A stretch of DNA of 64,000 nucleotides from Eggerthellaceae bacterium (GTDB lineage Bacteria; Actinomycetota; Coriobacteriia; Coriobacteriales; Eggerthellaceae), in the NCBI GenBank assembly GCA_017432445.1, contig JAFRJC010000087.1, positions 18,483 through 82,482 on the forward strand. The letters run 5' to 3'. Every line of letters starts with the position of its first letter. Position 1 is the first letter of the stretch. Below, one piece after another: positions 20,514-30,098 of this stretch. Both the position numbers and the translations under genes were made by a program. The notes beneath the pieces are model-generated. The model was given only the letters and a program-made list of their open reading frames with translations. It did no database searches and had not been told where the DNA came from.

Positions 20514-20778
20514 GCGCCTATTGTAATGGAGAACCGCTCCGTTATCGCCTACGGCAAACGAACGAGCCCCGTGTACGAAAAATGCGACAGCTTATAACGT
20601 GACGCGAATCGACAAGGAAGCGCGACGGTGGGGTGTGAGCGATTCTGCAGGCACTAATTCCAAAAATTCATAGGTTTAGCCGAAGCCAAGCGAATACCCC
20701 ACCGTCGCGCTTCCTAAAGTGAACGCCATTAGTTCACGCTGGATATGCTACTGCATCCGTGGCTATGCCTTTGTTTTG

Positions 20779-23445
20779 CTATTTCGCGAACAGTTGCTTC
20801 GCGGCCTCGAGAGCAGCGTCCATGCCGTCGGCGTTCTTGCCACCAGCCTGGGCCATGGTGGGCTTGCCACCGCCACCGCCCTGGATGTGCTTGGAAATCT
20901 GCTTGATGACGGCGCCGGCGTCGAATCCCGCGGCCACGGCTTCGTCGGTCGCGGCGGCCATGATGACGGGCTTGCCGTCCTTCACGGTACCGATGACGAA
21001 GGCGCCGGGGCGCTTCATGCGGGCACGCACAACGTCCCACATGTTGCGCATGGCGCCGGTGTCCAAGTCGTCCTTGCGCAGCACCAGCAGCGGATACCCC
21101 ACGTCAACCAGGCCTTCGAGGATTCGGTCCATATCTGCTTCGGAAGCCGTCTTCTTGGTGGCCTTGGCCTTGGCGACGATCTCCTTATACGCCTTCGCGT
21201 TGGCAGCCGTGCGCTCCGACACATCGAAGAGCGGCGTGCGCAGGATGTCTGCCGTCTCACGCAGCTCGGCTTCGATCTTGTTCAGGTAGGCAAGGGCCTC
21301 GTAGCTGGTCACAGCCTCGATACGACGTGCATTAGCGCTCACCGAGCCTTCGCTCACGATCTTGATCAAGCCGATTTCGGCGGTGTTCTTCACGTGGCAG
21401 CCACCGCACAGTTCGCGCGAAAAATCGCTTGCCTCGACCACGCGCACCTTCTCGCCGTATTTCTCGCCGAACAGCGCCGTGACGCCCGAGGCACGTGCCT
21501 CGTCGAGGGTCGTCTCGTAGATGTTCAGAGGCACGGCCCTCATGATCTCGTCGTTAGCCAGTTGCTCGATCTGGCGGATCTCATCGCGGGAAACCGCCTG
21601 GAAGTGCGTGAAGTCGAAGCGCAGGTGATCGGGGCCGACATAAGAACCAGCCTGGTTCACATGCTCGCCCAACACGTCGCGCAGGGCGGCGTGCAGGATG
21701 TGCGTACCGGTGTGGTTGCGCGTGATGCGAGCGCGGCGCTCGGCGTCAACTGTTGCGGTCACGCCCTCGCCCTCGATGATGCGTCCCTTGACGATGTTGA
21801 CGTAATGGCAGGTGAGTCCTTTCTCGGGAGCTCGGGTGTCAGTGACCCGCGCCCACGAATCGGGCGTGGTGATGACGCCGGTATCGCCCACTTCGCCGCC
21901 CATCTCTGCGTAGAACGGCGTGGTGTCGAGAATGATCTCGCCCTCTTCGCCTTCGGCGAGAGATGCTACGCGCTGCCCGCCCTTGATGATCGCAACGACG
22001 CGCGCCTTGAACTCGGTATGATCGTAGCCGACGAACCGAGTAGCGCCCGTCTCCTTCAAGATCTCGGCCTGAACGCTGCCGTACGTAGACCAAGCGGCCT
22101 CGGCGTCGTCCTTCGTCGCGGCGCGGGCGCGCTCGCGCTGCTGAGCCATGCAGGTCTCGAAGCCATCCATGTCGACCGAGATGCCACGCTCCCAACACAT
22201 CTCCCGCGTAACCTCTACGGGGAACCCGTACGTGTCATGCAGCATGAACGCCACGTCACCGGGCAGCGTATCGCCAGAGGAAAGGCCGACCAGCGCCTCG
22301 TCCAGATAAGCCTGGCCGGTGCGCAGCGTGCGGCCGAAGCGCTCCTCCTCGGAGAGGATCACGCTCTCGACAAGCTCGCGATTGTCGATGATTTCGGAAT
22401 ACACATGACCCATGAGCTCGATTATCTGGGCGAAATATTCGCGCAGGAACGGCCCCTCGATGCCCAGCTGGTGTCCGTGCATGACGGCGCGACGCAGCAG
22501 GCGGCGCAAAACGTAGCCGCGCCCCTCGTTGGAAGGCAGGATGCCGTCGGCGATCATGAAGGAGACGCTGCGGCTATGGTCAGCCATGATGCGCAGGCTG
22601 AGGTCAACCCTGGCCTGCTCGTCGGAGAGCGCGCCGGGCATCATGTTGCCGTCGTACTTCTTGCCGGTCAGGCGCTCGCCCACGCCCACGAGGCTGCGCA
22701 GCACGTCGGTCTCGTAGTTGGACTGCACGCCCTGCATGATTGCCGCTGTGCGCTCGAGCCCCAGGCCCGTGTCGATGTTCTTGGTGGGAAGCGGCGCCAG
22801 CGTGCCATCCTCTTGGCCGTCGAACTGGGTGAACACGCAGTTCCAGTACTCGAGGAAGCGGTCGCAATCGCAACCGGGGGCGCAGTCGGGGCTGCCGCAG
22901 CCGAATTCGGGGCCCTGATCGTAGTACAGCTCCGAGCACGGGCCGCACGGACCGGTCGGGCCGGCGCGCCAGAAGTTGTCGTCTTCGCCCAAGCGGCTGA
23001 TGTGCGACTCGTCGATACCGAGCGATTTCCAGATCTCGATCGTCTCATCGTCGTCCTTGAAGACGGTGAAGTACAGCTTCTCGACCGGAAGCTCAAGCAC
23101 ATCGGTGGAGAACTCAAGCGCCCAGGCGCACATCTCCTTCTTGAAGTACTTGCCGAAGCTGAAGTTGCCCATCATCTCGAAGAACGACAGGTGACGGCCC
23201 GTCGTGCCGATGATGTCGATGTCGTTGGTGCGCACGCACTTCTGCACGGTGGTCGCCCCGATGTAGTCGGGATCGAACTCTTTGACATGCAGAAAATACG
23301 GCTTGAACTGCACCATTCCGGCACTGGTCAGCAAAAGCGACGGGTCATCGGGGATGAGCGAGGAGGACGGCAGGCGCTTGCAGCCCTTCTCCTCGAAAAA
23401 TTGCAGGTACTTCTCGCGGATTTCCGCGGTGGTCATGTAGTGCAT
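20779..23445 (-). CDS. alaS: alanine--tRNA ligase
   Basis: 888 aa. Sequence is TTAEIREKYLQFFEEKGCKRLPSSSLIP..., with an editing-domain HTGTHILHAAL and a C-terminal DHHA1 (GGGGGKPTMAQAGG). Confidence 0.97.
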   Translation of the reverse strand: MHYMTTAEIREKYLQFFEEKGCKRLPSSSLIPDDPSLLLTSAGMVQFKPYFLHVKEFDPDYIGATTVQKCVRTNDIDIIGTTGRHLSFFEMMGNFSFGKYFKKEMCAWALEFSTDVLELPVEKLYFTVFKDDDETIEIWKSLGIDESHISRLGEDDNFWRAGPTGPCGPCSELYYDQGPEFGCGSPDCAPGCDCDRFLEYWNCVFTQFDGQEDGTLAPLPTKNIDTGLGLERTAAIMQGVQSNYETDVLRSLVGVGERLTGKKYDGNMMPGALSDEQARVDLSLRIMADHSRSVSFMIADGILPSNEGRGYVLRRLLRRAVMHGHQLGIEGPFLREYFAQIIELMGHVYSEIIDNRELVESVILSEEERFGRTLRTGQAYLDEALVGLSSGDTLPGDVAFMLHDTYGFPVEVTREMCWERGISVDMDGFETCMAQQRERARAATKDDAEAAWSTYGSVQAEILKETGATRFVGYDHTEFKARVVAIIKGGQRVASLAEGEEGEIILDTTPFYAEMGGEVGDTGVITTPDSWARVTDTRAPEKGLTCHYVNIVKGRIIEGEGVTATVDAERRARITRNHTGTHILHAALRDVLGEHVNQAGSYVGPDHLRFDFTHFQAVSRDEIRQIEQLANDEIMRAVPLNIYETTLDEARASGVTALFGEKYGEKVRVVEASDFSRELCGGCHVKNTAEIGLIKIVSEGSVSANARRIEAVTSYEALAYLNKIEAELRETADILRTPLFDVSERTAANAKAYKEIVAKAKATKKTASEADMDRILEGLVDVGYPLLVLRKDDLDTGAMRNMWDVVRARMKRPGAFVIGTVKDGKPVIMAAATDEAVAAGFDAGAVIKQISKHIQGGGGGKPTMAQAGGKNADGMDAALEAAKQLFAK

Positions 23446-23579
23446 GGGACGCCTTCCCTCTCATGGTTTTTTCGCATTGGGATATTCTAGCGCTTTTGCC
23501 CGTGAAATGGGACTATGCACGCGATGCGCAAAAATGCTGCAATGCGATAAATTTCCTTGGGAAGCAAGCCGTCTTGGCC

Positions 23580-24338
23580 CTACTCGTAATAGTCGGGCGC
23601 TATGCGCAGCTCGCTTTCTTGCCCGCTATCATGTCCGAAAAGCAGCTTCCATCCGCAGCCCTGCAGCTGCCTCAGCTTTGCGATCGAGCGCTCTGCATCC
23701 ACGCTGCTCGTGCAGATGCCGGGAAGCACCCAGTCCTCGAGGTTGCACTCGAAATACGCGGCATCGCCCGCGATGACGAAACGTCTGCCCTCCCCGAGCG
23801 TCACGAGCACCGATTGGTGTCCTCGAGAATGGCCGCGCGTGTCTATGAGTTGCACGCTCCCGTCGCCGAACAGATCGACGACCTCGTCATCACGAGGTTC
23901 GATGAACGCGAAGTCGCGCGTCGCGGCATAATGGGCGAACAAGTAGCCTCTTTCGAAATGATCCGGCCACCAAGCCGTTTTCAGCTCTTCGCGGCGCACC
24001 ACGAACGTCGAAGAAGGAAACGCGTCCATGAAGGCTGCATGATCGAGATGCATGTGCGTAAGCACCACATAGTCGATATCGTCGGGAGCAAGCCCCATCT
24101 TGGCAAGCTGGCTAACTACGTCTTCACCCTCGCCTACGACCCCCAAGCCCTCGTTCTTCAGGCCCGTATCGACCAGAACGCGTCCCTTCTCGTGCTCGAG
24201 CAGATAGCAGTACACGGGCAGTGAAGCGGGGCCGTGCTCTCGCGTGCCGGGCATCATGCCGTTGACGTCGGGCATCTCGATCTTGCCCACGTGCATGATG
24301 TACATGCGTTTCACAAACCCGGCTGCTGAGCTCTCCAT
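23580..24338 (-). CDS. MBL-fold hydrolase, N-acyl-homoserine-lactonase-like
   Basis: Motifs LTHMHLDHAAF (HxHxDH) and GHSRGHQSV. The ATG at 24338 is preceded by GGGAGGAAC. Confidence 0.75.
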   Translation of the reverse strand: MESSAAGFVKRMYIMHVGKIEMPDVNGMMPGTREHGPASLPVYCYLLEHEKGRVLVDTGLKNEGLGVVGEGEDVVSQLAKMGLAPDDIDYVVLTHMHLDHAAFMDAFPSSTFVVRREELKTAWWPDHFERGYLFAHYAATRDFAFIEPRDDEVVDLFGDGSVQLIDTRGHSRGHQSVLVTLGEGRRFVIAGDAAYFECNLEDWVLPGICTSSVDAERSIAKLRQLQGCGWKLLFGHDSGQESELRIAPDYYE

Positions 24339-24622
24339 AGTTCCTCCCGTTCGCCCCGCGCTCCATTCGACGTCGCTTCCCAGGAGCGGTTGAACTCCAA
24401 TTGGGGACTGTCTCCTTAGCTGATTGTACGCCATGAGGGACGTGCTTTTTGGCCTTTTTGAATGCGGCTACTCCTGCGAAGAACCATCGCATGCACATGA
24501 CTGTACGTAGACGATATCTATCCAGCTTTTGACGTAGGCCACGAGCTTCTCATGGGTCATAATTTCGATATGCTTAGAAAACGCCGCCTATGCACAAGAT
24601 GCCGTGAGGAAAGGGACTAAAC

Positions 24623-25276
24623 ATGGGACTTGATATGTCGATGCAGGTAAATTACAGCAGCGTCGCCAAAGAGATCGCCACAGGTTACTCGCGAACGGGC
24701 GGCAAGAACTGGAGCAGCGTCGCTCTAAGCACTGGCCGCGCCTGGAATGCAGAGGAGCACGCTGGGCTCGTCACGTTCATCATCAACTCGTTTGGTTTGG
24801 GCGCCAGCGCGAAATCGGGAGGACTTACGCTCTTTAGCCACAGCGACGACACCGAAGCAAAGGTGATCCGCGACATGGATAACTACATAAACGAGATGAG
24901 CGACGAGTACCACATCATCGCCTACTGGTGCAAGGCGCCGCACATCCATGCTTGGTTCGACAAATTTGTCTATTCGTGTTCGGAAAGCCACATTACCAAC
25001 GGAGACGCCGTCGGTTTCAAGGCAGACGTGCTGCACAAGCTGCGCGATGAAATCCAGCAGGTGCTCGACGTGGCTGATGCCGGAGACGAGGAGGCCGCCT
25101 ATCGGGCCATGTCCGACCTCTTCCCGCTCACGGGGGCTCCATACGAGATGTTCTCCGCGCATTCATACACACCCTGGCACATCGACTGCTTGCAACAGAC
25201 GGCGCTTTTCTTCGATAACCTTTTCGCCATCGACCAAGCCGAAGAGGCAACCTATTACTACACCGCTACGTGGTAG
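24623..25276 (+). CDS. hypothetical protein
   Basis: 217-aa ORF with no recognisable catalytic motif. The YWCKAPHIHAWF segment resembles a motif I recall from phage-associated hypothetical proteins (unverified). Confidence 0.55.
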   Translation: MGLDMSMQVNYSSVAKEIATGYSRTGGKNWSSVALSTGRAWNAEEHAGLVTFIINSFGLGASAKSGGLTLFSHSDDTEAKVIRDMDNYINEMSDEYHIIAYWCKAPHIHAWFDKFVYSCSESHITNGDAVGFKADVLHKLRDEIQQVLDVADAGDEEAAYRAMSDLFPLTGAPYEMFSAHSYTPWHIDCLQQTALFFDNLFAIDQAEEATYYYTATW

Positions 25277-25309
25277 CGCCTCGCGGACAGGAGAAGAGCC
25301 AGCTCTGTC

Positions 25310-26638
25310 TCATTCTTCTTCGTCGTTGCTATCCGAATCGACGAAGGGCAGCTTGCCCGTGAGGTCCGAAAGCGTCGGAATGCGCCCTGTGTCGGATGGT
25401 TCCGGTGCGGGCACGGGGGCGGTTGCATCGGCCATGGGGTCCACTTCATCCCCTTCGCCGGGCACGCCCTTGAAGAACACGCCGTCCTCGGCGACGATGC
25501 GTCGGCCCGTGCGCTTCTCGAAATAGAACACGAACACCGATTTCAACATGGCAACGAGCGGTATGGACAGCAAGGCGCCGACGAGCGCACCCATGAGGCC
25601 GCCCGTCGCAGTACCGACCCCCGCACCCGCCATCAAGGCCAGGAAGGTAAGCGCCGGATGGATATCGACTGATTCGCCCATGATCTTGGGCGACACGAAC
25701 GTGTATACGAACTGCTGGATGACAACCGTTCCCACAAGCGCGATGACGCCCACGATCGGGTCTTTGACGACGCTGGCGATGAAGGCCAATCCGCCGCCGA
25801 ACCAGGGGCCGACGATGGGGATGACGTTGAGAAGGCCAGTGATGGTACCCAGGGCGGCAGGGCTTGGCACGCCGAGGCAGGCAAATAGGATGCCGCAGGC
25901 CACACCGATAATCGCACACTGAATAACCATGGCTTTGAGGTAGCCGCCCATCACGCGCGTGACGGTGAGGTGAAGCATCTGGGCGTCGGTTTTGCGGGCG
26001 TCACCCATCAGCCGGTAAGCCTCACGCCCCAATCTGGGAAGGTCGACGAGCATCCAGAATGCGATGACCAGGGCAAAGCCTACGCACATCACGATGTTGG
26101 CCAAAGATGCGCCCGCTGTTACCACGGTCGAGGCGCTTGCGGTCGCGACTGATTGCACGAACTCGGTAAACGACAGCAGGGCGCTGTCAACCCATTGCTG
26201 GACCTGATCGCTTTGCAGGATGTCGGCGTACTGCTCGTACAGCCCGCTCGCCCATTCCTGAAACGCGGTTGCATAGGCTGGCAGGTTGGATGCGAGCTGG
26301 TTGAACTGTGCGCTGATGCCCACGCTCGGCGAGAAGATGGCGAAAATCAGCACCGCCAAGACGGCAACCAGCGCCACATAGGCCAGCATCGTGCCGAGGG
26401 TGCGGTTCACCCCGTGCCTATCGAGCCAGTTCACGGGATCGCGCAAGATGAAGACGAACACCGTCGTCCAAACCAAAATGCTGATGACGTTCGACAGGAT
26501 CCCGGAAAGGTATACGACCACGGCCCCGAGAAGAAGAATACCCACCCAGGTCCATACGGTCACGAGCCTATCGCGCTTCTTCTGGGAAGCGTCAACGTCT
26601 TGACTGCTGTCCTGGGTGGGTAGAGTCCCTCTGGCCAT
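25310..26638 (-). CDS. AI-2E family transporter (PerM-like)
   Basis: 442-aa polytopic protein. GLLNVIPIVGPWFGG is the hallmark AI-2E motif. Confidence 0.85.
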   Translation of the reverse strand: MARGTLPTQDSSQDVDASQKKRDRLVTVWTWVGILLLGAVVVYLSGILSNVISILVWTTVFVFILRDPVNWLDRHGVNRTLGTMLAYVALVAVLAVLIFAIFSPSVGISAQFNQLASNLPAYATAFQEWASGLYEQYADILQSDQVQQWVDSALLSFTEFVQSVATASASTVVTAGASLANIVMCVGFALVIAFWMLVDLPRLGREAYRLMGDARKTDAQMLHLTVTRVMGGYLKAMVIQCAIIGVACGILFACLGVPSPAALGTITGLLNVIPIVGPWFGGGLAFIASVVKDPIVGVIALVGTVVIQQFVYTFVSPKIMGESVDIHPALTFLALMAGAGVGTATGGLMGALVGALLSIPLVAMLKSVFVFYFEKRTGRRIVAEDGVFFKGVPGEGDEVDPMADATAPVPAPEPSDTGRIPTLSDLTGKLPFVDSDSNDEEE

Positions 26639-26650
26639 GGGTTTTTCGGG

Positions 26651-27259
26651 TTAGGCCTTTGCTTCGGATTCCTCGGCGGCCTCGGCGGCCTGCTCGACTG
26701 CTTCGGCGAGATCTTCGATGGGCTGGGTGTCGGCTACGATCTTCTCCAGACCCTCGAGATTCGGCTCGGCTTCAGCTTCTTCCTGGGCTGCCTTGTACTC
26801 TTCGAGCGCCTTGGCCACCTCGCTGATCTTCTCGTCGAGTTCCAACGACTCCTCGCTCGCAGCTTTCGGGCCGATTTTTGCACGCACGCGAGTGGTCACG
26901 TTGTTCACAGCCTTGACGGGAGCGCTGGCGATCGTCTCCACGGCGGCAGTGGCACTCGATGCGGTGTCGGTGATCTGCGTGACGTCTTCGAGAATCTCGT
27001 CAACGCGCATCATTTCCAGGTTCACGGCGTCGAGGGTCAGCTGCACGCGGTCCACAATCGGCTCGACCTTCTTCGTGACCGGCTTCAGATCGCTGACCAT
27101 GACCGCGGCATCGTCGATCATGGGATTGACTTTCGTCGTGATGTCGTCAATGGTGGTCCGCGTCGACTTGATCATCTTGATAAGCTCAACCAAAAGCACC
27201 ACAAGGGCGATGCCCACGCAGATGAACACCGCGACGAGCGCCATCATCAGAATATCCAT
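26651..27259 (-). CDS. DUF948/YtxH-like membrane-anchored coiled-coil protein
   Basis: N-terminal TM followed by repeated helical segments (IDDITTKVNPMIDDAAVMVSDLKPVTKKVEPIVDRV) and an acidic tail. Confidence 0.65.
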   Translation of the reverse strand: MDILMMALVAVFICVGIALVVLLVELIKMIKSTRTTIDDITTKVNPMIDDAAVMVSDLKPVTKKVEPIVDRVQLTLDAVNLEMMRVDEILEDVTQITDTASSATAAVETIASAPVKAVNNVTTRVRAKIGPKAASEESLELDEKISEVAKALEEYKAAQEEAEAEPNLEGLEKIVADTQPIEDLAEAVEQAAEAAEESEAKA

Positions 27260-27722
27260 CGAAACCTCCTTAGTCGGTAGTATTTAATCATAACACCGCA
27301 CAAGCAGGCTAGATACGTGAAGATGGCAAAAGGGCGGCAATCACTCGATTGGCGCAAACCCAGCAAGCGAACGGACCCCGTATAAGGAATTATCGCCGCC
27401 CCTGCCCATTCGGGCAGACAAGTCAAGACTGGTTTTTTCCCAAAAGCTGAGCTAACCTCAGGCTAGCCCCGTTTTCGATACCGTACTTAAGCGGTGGACC
27501 GACATATATTATTCAGGGAGCTCTAGATTGCGCGTGAAATGGGGATTCGCATCCGTTGATGCGAAAGCCAGGCAGCAAGCTGCGAGCACCCACCTTTCGG
27601 GGTGGGTTCATCCTTCCGGGTCGGAGACGGGGTTTCTTGCTGCATGAGCGCATAACCCGTCTTTGATATTAATTCCCGACCAAAGGGCCCAATCGAACGT
27701 TTTCTGGATCGCCCTTTTTCGA

Positions 27723-28529
27723 TTAGCCTTCATCCCCGGCGTTGGGCAACACGACTTCGGGATTCAGGCGCGTGTAGGGCGCAATGGCCCGCAAGGCGGC
27801 GTCACGTGCCTCACGAGCATGTTCGGTGTCTTTCAGCACGAAGCGGAGCTTTCCCCACATGCCGTATTCGCCGATTTCGGTCATGAGAATCCATGGATCG
27901 CGCTCTAAATCGGCAACCGTCTCCACGGCGTGTTTGGCAAGCTGCTCCATTTCGCCGATCATCTCGTCGAGGTCACGGCCGTCGTTCACAAAGGAAATCC
28001 TCGTCACGACCAGCGTCTCAGGCGATATCTTCATCACGGGCGTCGAGTTGATGACTGCGTTGGGAATAAGATGTATGTTTCCCTCGAAGTCCTTCACTAC
28101 CGTCTGGCGCCACGATACGTCCTGCACACGGCCATCGATGTCTCCAACGATAACGTGGTCACCTGGATGCACGATTTTCATCAACGTCACCTGCAAACCG
28201 CCGATGAAGTTCTTGAGGGTATCCTGCAAGCCGAGCGAGAGAGCCACACCGCCGACGCCCAGAGCCGCAATCAGGGCGTTTACATCTACTCCAAAGCACG
28301 CCGAAAGCATGATGGAGATGCCGCAGATCCATATGGCTATGCGCGCGATGTTCACGATAATCGAGCTCTCTGGAATGAGAGAGCCGTCAACCCGCATGAG
28401 GCGCCGAAGCAGCTTTACGACGAGGAACGAGATGATTGCCGTGACAACTACGATAACCGCCGCCACGATTACCGCGTACAAGGTATCGTGTTTGGAAACC
28501 TCGGCGATACCGTCGAACAACCCGTCCAT
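27723..28529 (-). CDS. small-conductance mechanosensitive channel (MscS family)
   Basis: Three TMs followed by ALGVGGVALSLGLQDTLKNFIGGLQV and IVHPGDHVIVGDIDGRVQDVSWRQTVV (MscS beta domain). Confidence 0.85.
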   Translation of the reverse strand: MDGLFDGIAEVSKHDTLYAVIVAAVIVVVTAIISFLVVKLLRRLMRVDGSLIPESSIIVNIARIAIWICGISIMLSACFGVDVNALIAALGVGGVALSLGLQDTLKNFIGGLQVTLMKIVHPGDHVIVGDIDGRVQDVSWRQTVVKDFEGNIHLIPNAVINSTPVMKISPETLVVTRISFVNDGRDLDEMIGEMEQLAKHAVETVADLERDPWILMTEIGEYGMWGKLRFVLKDTEHAREARDAALRAIAPYTRLNPEVVLPNAGDEG

Positions 28530-28572
28530 TTGTGCCCCTCTGTCCTCCGCATACCGCGCGCGTGCGCGTATC

Positions 28573-28854
28573 CTAGTCTACCGTGCCGTACACCTGTCCC
28601 CAAGCGTGTCCGCCGATTATCGAGTTCAGCTGGTCGCAGAGGCGCGTGCGCGTATAGCTACCCGGCGGCAGCAGGTTGGCCACTTCCTGCAGGTCGTCAG
28701 GAAGATCGCCCGACTCGGCCGCCAACACGACGTCGAGCCTGCGCACGACGTGGTCGGCAGGCTTGTCTTCGAACAGCTCGTCCACGATATGCTGCAGCGC
28801 ACCGTAATCCGGGCTCGGCTCCACCGACATCGTTTCCTCCTTCGGCATCATCAT
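28573..28854 (-). CDS. hypothetical small protein (DUF2795-like?)
   Basis: 93-aa ORF in a coding-looking context. The family call is a weak recollection only. Confidence 0.45.
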   Translation of the reverse strand: MMMPKEETMSVEPSPDYGALQHIVDELFEDKPADHVVRRLDVVLAAESGDLPDDLQEVANLLPPGSYTRTRLCDQLNSIIGGHAWGQVYGTVD

Positions 28855-28890
28855 AGCAGGACGGGCATCCAGAAAGAAAACCCATCCGCT

Positions 28891-29952
28891 CTATGATCTT
28901 ACATCCAGCCCAAACACCGTCGCCGCCAGGGCGCCCGTGAAGGAAGGCGTGGCGTTTCCCGTGGCGCGCAGGAATTGCACGCCGGCGCCATAGAGCTTGA
29001 CAGCCGCAGGCGCCATGGTGTCGGGCGTGTAGTCGAGGATGTCTTCGAGTGGCTTGAGCGGTGCAGGCTGTCGAGCATTCGGGTCGAGGGTGATGCGCAG
29101 TTGCGCAAGGAGCGGCCGATCTGTGATCTCGGCTGCGTGTCTGGCGTATTCAACCGCCCTGAATGCAGGCTCCGGCGTCTCGAAGCCGATGACTGCAGCA
29201 CCTTGGTCTTCCATCAAGGCAACCGCCTCGGGCCAGCGCTCGGCCGCCAGAGGAGCCCGGCTCACAAGCGCCCCGCCGTACGGATCGGCGTCGACGAGCT
29301 CGTAGCCTTGGAAGAACGCGCCGGGCGAGATGCTCTCGAGCACCTGTTCATCGGGCGTGCCTGCAGCGGAGGAAGAAGCAGCGCGTGCCTTGGCCTCCGC
29401 CTCTCGCAGCGCCGCCGCGGAATCCGGTTCGCAGATGATAACGGACGCGAAGATGGGAGCGCTGCTTACTTGCGCGACCCCCATGAGCGCACAGCGCAAA
29501 TCGTCGAGGTTCGTGAAGCCGTTGAGGAAAAACGCATCGATGCGCTCGTCCTCGAACGCGCGAGCCGCATCCGCATACTGCTTGCGGTTCTCGTTGAGCG
29601 ATGCTTGCGACGAGGGGTCGAGCGGCAACCCGCACGGGCCGATTTCGGCCAAGATATGCTGCGGTTTCAGCTCGGAAACAATCTGCACCGCCGCATGAGC
29701 CAGTGTTTTGGCGTCACCCTCCATGCGCGCATGAGCCAACCGAGCGCTCGTTATGTCCTCCGTTTGCGTCACCAGACATTGCGCTCCAGCAATGCTTTCA
29801 AGCCTTAACGCATCGGTCATCACGTCGGGCTCCATCAAGTTGAGGTACTGCCTGTCGCGGGCCACGTTGATCCCCTGGCGCGACAGCGTCACATCCGTCG
29901 GTGCCGAAAGCACGAGCATGTCCTTGTGAAACCTCAGCTGGATATCGGGCAT
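28891..29952 (-). CDS. homocysteine S-methyltransferase-domain family protein (diverged)
   Basis: ORF 28891..30033. The ATG at 29952 follows GGGAGGG. LNLMEPDVMTDALRLESIAGAQCLVTQTEDITSARLA aligns by eye with the MetH Hcy-binding barrel. The C-terminus lacks the GGCCGTTP zinc motif. Confidence 0.6.
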   Translation of the reverse strand: MPDIQLRFHKDMLVLSAPTDVTLSRQGINVARDRQYLNLMEPDVMTDALRLESIAGAQCLVTQTEDITSARLAHARMEGDAKTLAHAAVQIVSELKPQHILAEIGPCGLPLDPSSQASLNENRKQYADAARAFEDERIDAFFLNGFTNLDDLRCALMGVAQVSSAPIFASVIICEPDSAAALREAEAKARAASSSAAGTPDEQVLESISPGAFFQGYELVDADPYGGALVSRAPLAAERWPEAVALMEDQGAAVIGFETPEPAFRAVEYARHAAEITDRPLLAQLRITLDPNARQPAPLKPLEDILDYTPDTMAPAAVKLYGAGVQFLRATGNATPSFTGALAATVFGLDVRS

Positions 29953-30098
29953 TTTCCCTCCCGTCCTCGACCGTATTGCCAAATGATACCGCACCCTGAC
30001 TAAGTATGCAGCATGCAGCGGTTGCGCGTCCACCGCCAGTCAAGGGAGCGCTGCCTGGCAGTAAAAGGAGCGAGAAGCGCTGCGGCGCCCGAGATTGG

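Noticed and set aside
20719-23490. 923-aa plus-strand ORF opposite alaS. Similar antisense ORFs occur at 9215..10525, 14792..15994, 16467..17669, 10663..11841 and 53779..55164.
   Set aside because: Each overlaps a confidently identified gene (alaS, trpB2, gap, DASS transporter, CBS protein, pilT) on the other strand and has junk-like composition.
27290-27720. Tested the long spacer as SRP RNA, tmRNA, RNase P RNA or 6S RNA.
   Set aside because: None of the diagnostic sequences is present. There is no GGUCCGGAAGGAAGCAGC-type SRP helix-8 core (the closest is GACCCGGAAGGAUGAAC, with a non-pairing stem), no tmRNA T-arm/CCA end or tag ORF, and no GAGGAAAGUCCGG P4 motif. It is retained only as an unassigned structured region.
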